This document shows positions 62,901 through 64,000 of a DNA stretch of 64,000 nt, one piece after another. This stretch comes from a virus (Duplodnaviria > Caudoviricetes). The stretch is taken from positions 2,881-66,880 of the IMG/VR virus record IMGVR_UViG_3300033073_001126. One strand, 5' to 3'. The notes under the pieces were generated by a model, which ran no database searches, had not been told where the DNA came from, and worked only from the letters and a program-made list of their open reading frames with translations. The translations under genes were made by a program, and so were the position numbers. Each line of letters begins with the position of its first letter. The stretch's first letter is position 1.

Positions 62901-64000
62901 AATCCTTAATCATCTCTCTGCTGAAATCGGCAAAGCTTCTGGCTCCAGCTTCAATATGATATGCGGCTATGGTGATGAGTTCCGGAGGGACACCAGTAAA
63001 AGCAAACTTTTTCAAGGCTTTCTTTGCAGCCTCATAGATTGCCTTTGTTACAATCTTATTCTTCTCACCCCATCCCTGCTTTTTATTTGCATTGGGGGCA
63101 ATAGTTTTGTCGGTGTCTGCAACAACTGACTGAATCGCTCCCTCAATTGCTTCGCCATCGGCCTTCTTGAAAGCTTTCTTTAGTTTATTTATATCCCCTT
63201 CGCTCTCCTTAAATCTCTTGCTACGCTGCTTGTCAACTTGCCTTTGGGCGAAAAGCAATTGCCCTTCAGGAGTTAGGAACTCAAACAATGAGAGGGCTTG
63301 TATTCCTTGCCCCCAATCCGTTGCTATTTCAGAAATGCCTTCAGCAACATCAACTGCATCTTGGAATTTACCTTCTTTGTTGTATTGCTTAATAAGCACT
63401 TGGGCAAGAGTAGTTCTAAATGCAGAAGGCATTTGCTTATTGGCCGTAAGAACCATTTCTTTTGCCTTCTCTTGGCCAACGGCATTAAGTATAGCATTGG
63501 CTTCAGCTACGCTTACATTGTTAGGAAGAACCTCATACATTGTCCTCTCCCCTCCTAAAGCATCCTTTACCTGATCAGAGATATCTGTAGCCTCCTTAAT
63601 TGAGGTAATGGTTTTGCGTTCTCTTATTTCGCCTTCTCCTGTTGTTGGTGGAGGAACTGGTCTTGCCGCAGGAGGAGGCGTTTCGGCTTTCTTCTGTTGT
63701 GGCTGGGCAGCCGCAGGAGGAGTTCCTATTTCTCTGCCCTGCTTCTTGGCATCATTTAAAAGGCTGTTCGTAGCACTTTCAATGTATTTCTGCCATTCGG
63801 AAATGTTTTCTCCTTTTTCTTCTAAGAAATCAATTCCCGCCTGGATGGCTTCATAAACTGTCTTCCCGGCTTGATATGATTTCAGCACGGTGGTTACAAA
63901 GGCATTCCATAGCCCGGCATTCATTGCAAGGCCGCCCTCTTTCCAATAAAGGTCTCTAAGGAATTTCTCTACACGATCCTCCTCTTTAACCGGCTTAATC
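59959..64000 (-). CDS. Giant internal-virion / large polyvalent-type protein, C-terminal part (open at right window edge)
   Basis: Frame stays open upstream of the ORF-track ATG to base 64000 (IKPVKEEDRVEKFLRDLYWKEGGLAMNAG...); AYHIEAGARSFADFS and LPD38-like C-terminal motifs (WRPYSIKIGDTWISY). Confidence 0.8.
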   Translation of the reverse strand, partial: IKPVKEEDRVEKFLRDLYWKEGGLAMNAGLWNAFVTTVLKSYQAGKTVYEAIQAGIDFLEEKGENISEWQKYIESATNSLLNDAKKQGREIGTPPAAAQPQQKKAETPPPAARPVPPPTTGEGEIRERKTITSIKEATDISDQVKDALGGERTMYEVLPNNVSVAEANAILNAVGQEKAKEMVLTANKQMPSAFRTTLAQVLIKQYNKEGKFQDAVDVAEGISEIATDWGQGIQALSLFEFLTPEGQLLFAQRQVDKQRSKRFKESEGDINKLKKAFKKADGEAIEGAIQSVVADTDKTIAPNANKKQGWGEKNKIVTKAIYEAAKKALKKFAFTGVPPELITIAAYHIEAGARSFADFSREMIKDFGKKVRPYLKSTYKAAQKKVGGSGYSTDAEIATHMATDIEKDVKQIMQESGVKIRELIRQHYSEAERTKEALTKALVDKLGLDPSDASVIAEKVNNEFNRIATEKKKNALNSIERRLLRRTPVRKKSEEKLIELSNLGGLDEGKFKEEYARAMGFPELTEKDAATIKELAEKVQNAKEGMPKQRAIVDLLNYQANLAGIDKVELATAIWMASILSGPITQAKNIFGNTYNMGLLVFNVGVRNPKDLPFLLKGLVVGLGNGIAEAGTTLITGQSPLRQRTDAMGILERAHFNKYSPYKSYKYVMRFMMAADALTYGGLREMRAYQLALSDARDKYPSDNAVQKAIDILAQSDEQMNAAKIEATEEYNAAIAEIDADASLSARQKKARKLAAKLDRYRRIYDLIEQNRPDQLVADSHEFALEGTFNNPPKGALGVAARYMNSIIHNIPMLRFAVPFTNLITNVANESVNYSPVGFWRAAKGGSITGNIKKFTDDDRAILMTKAALGTTAMIAAYALSGIGGDDEGEEPLIQITAEGYNDYKKNKDLEATGWRPYSIKIGDTWISYKLTPLNAILSVVGALRDYEKYHKGKITDTAINKIVTAAQLGMSTVAETSFLSSVDSFLSGILDASRGDKGQKLADWAAKTATSYVPLLGTNLYQQTAQMVMRGLEIPDKEYRGTLFGKALRTIPIVRNNYENAINGLGEELPPASQGIVYSPKGGGENAKLWQLLSDKKQTTGRPERNGASYIDIDGNQKAMNDEQFYLFAKTRGEYIRNLMMVNYDRIKEMDDAEFAKWMQSTRSGANKFANDELALKYETGIYEESIQPYSAEAEHERDRMVYAIEKGDAEEAKSAFENYEKLSPKGAGKDRKELFVEIVDDKIAPKGIKPADRIDFYKAVLLGKNPNIKIQQMQDNGKVKMVNKPFNEIFSEEEREAYKSQYLEQDKIVAKKLEVLDEALQKKYSGKTGGEAVWRRYVKQANKQ

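Noticed and set aside
1-64000. Stop-codon reassignment (TAG or TGA), as in some crAss-like phages
   Set aside because: terL, portal, MCP, muzzle, fibre and primase-helicase are all full length in the standard code and coding density is high.
1-64000. Exact circular wrap of the window (base 1 joined to base 64000)
   Set aside because: The two partial frames are phase-compatible, but joining them creates an in-frame TAG (TA+G). Phase match has a one-in-three chance, so unseen sequence most likely lies between them.

Overview
Most of a bacteriophage genome, probably a podovirus of Bacteroidetes with a crAss-related virion module. The host inference comes from sigma-type TAnnTTTG/TTTG promoters and A-rich, SD-less starts. 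All genes read in the standard genetic code. Five transcription blocks: (-) 1-7067 giant internal-virion gene (partial), cargo and three ring/adaptor genes; (+) 7161-9887 a methyltransferase plus two-glycosyltransferase cassette; (-) 9947-24760 terminase, GroES pair, MazG-like, HNH, NinB-like, primase-helicase, replication initiators, phosphoesterase and a RepL-like gene; (+) 25782-37722 small early genes, SSB-like, Gp157, two stand-alone LytTR proteins and a C5 DNA methyltransferase; (-) 37785-64000 lysis genes, tail fibre, capsid, scaffold, portal, muzzle and a giant gene (partial). No DNA polymerase, RNA polymerase, integrase, tRNA, CRISPR array or reverse transcriptase was seen. The strongest candidate new system is the LytTR-LytTR-ORF-MTase operon. 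Its methyltransferase carries about 12 tandem TRD-like cassettes with conserved DNA junctions and an overprinted +1-frame second subunit. A LytTR-type 21-bp-period direct repeat sits in front of the early operon, and seven genes have apparently leaderless promoters (TAnnTTTG-N4-ATG). All family assignments come from motif recognition by eye; no database search was run.
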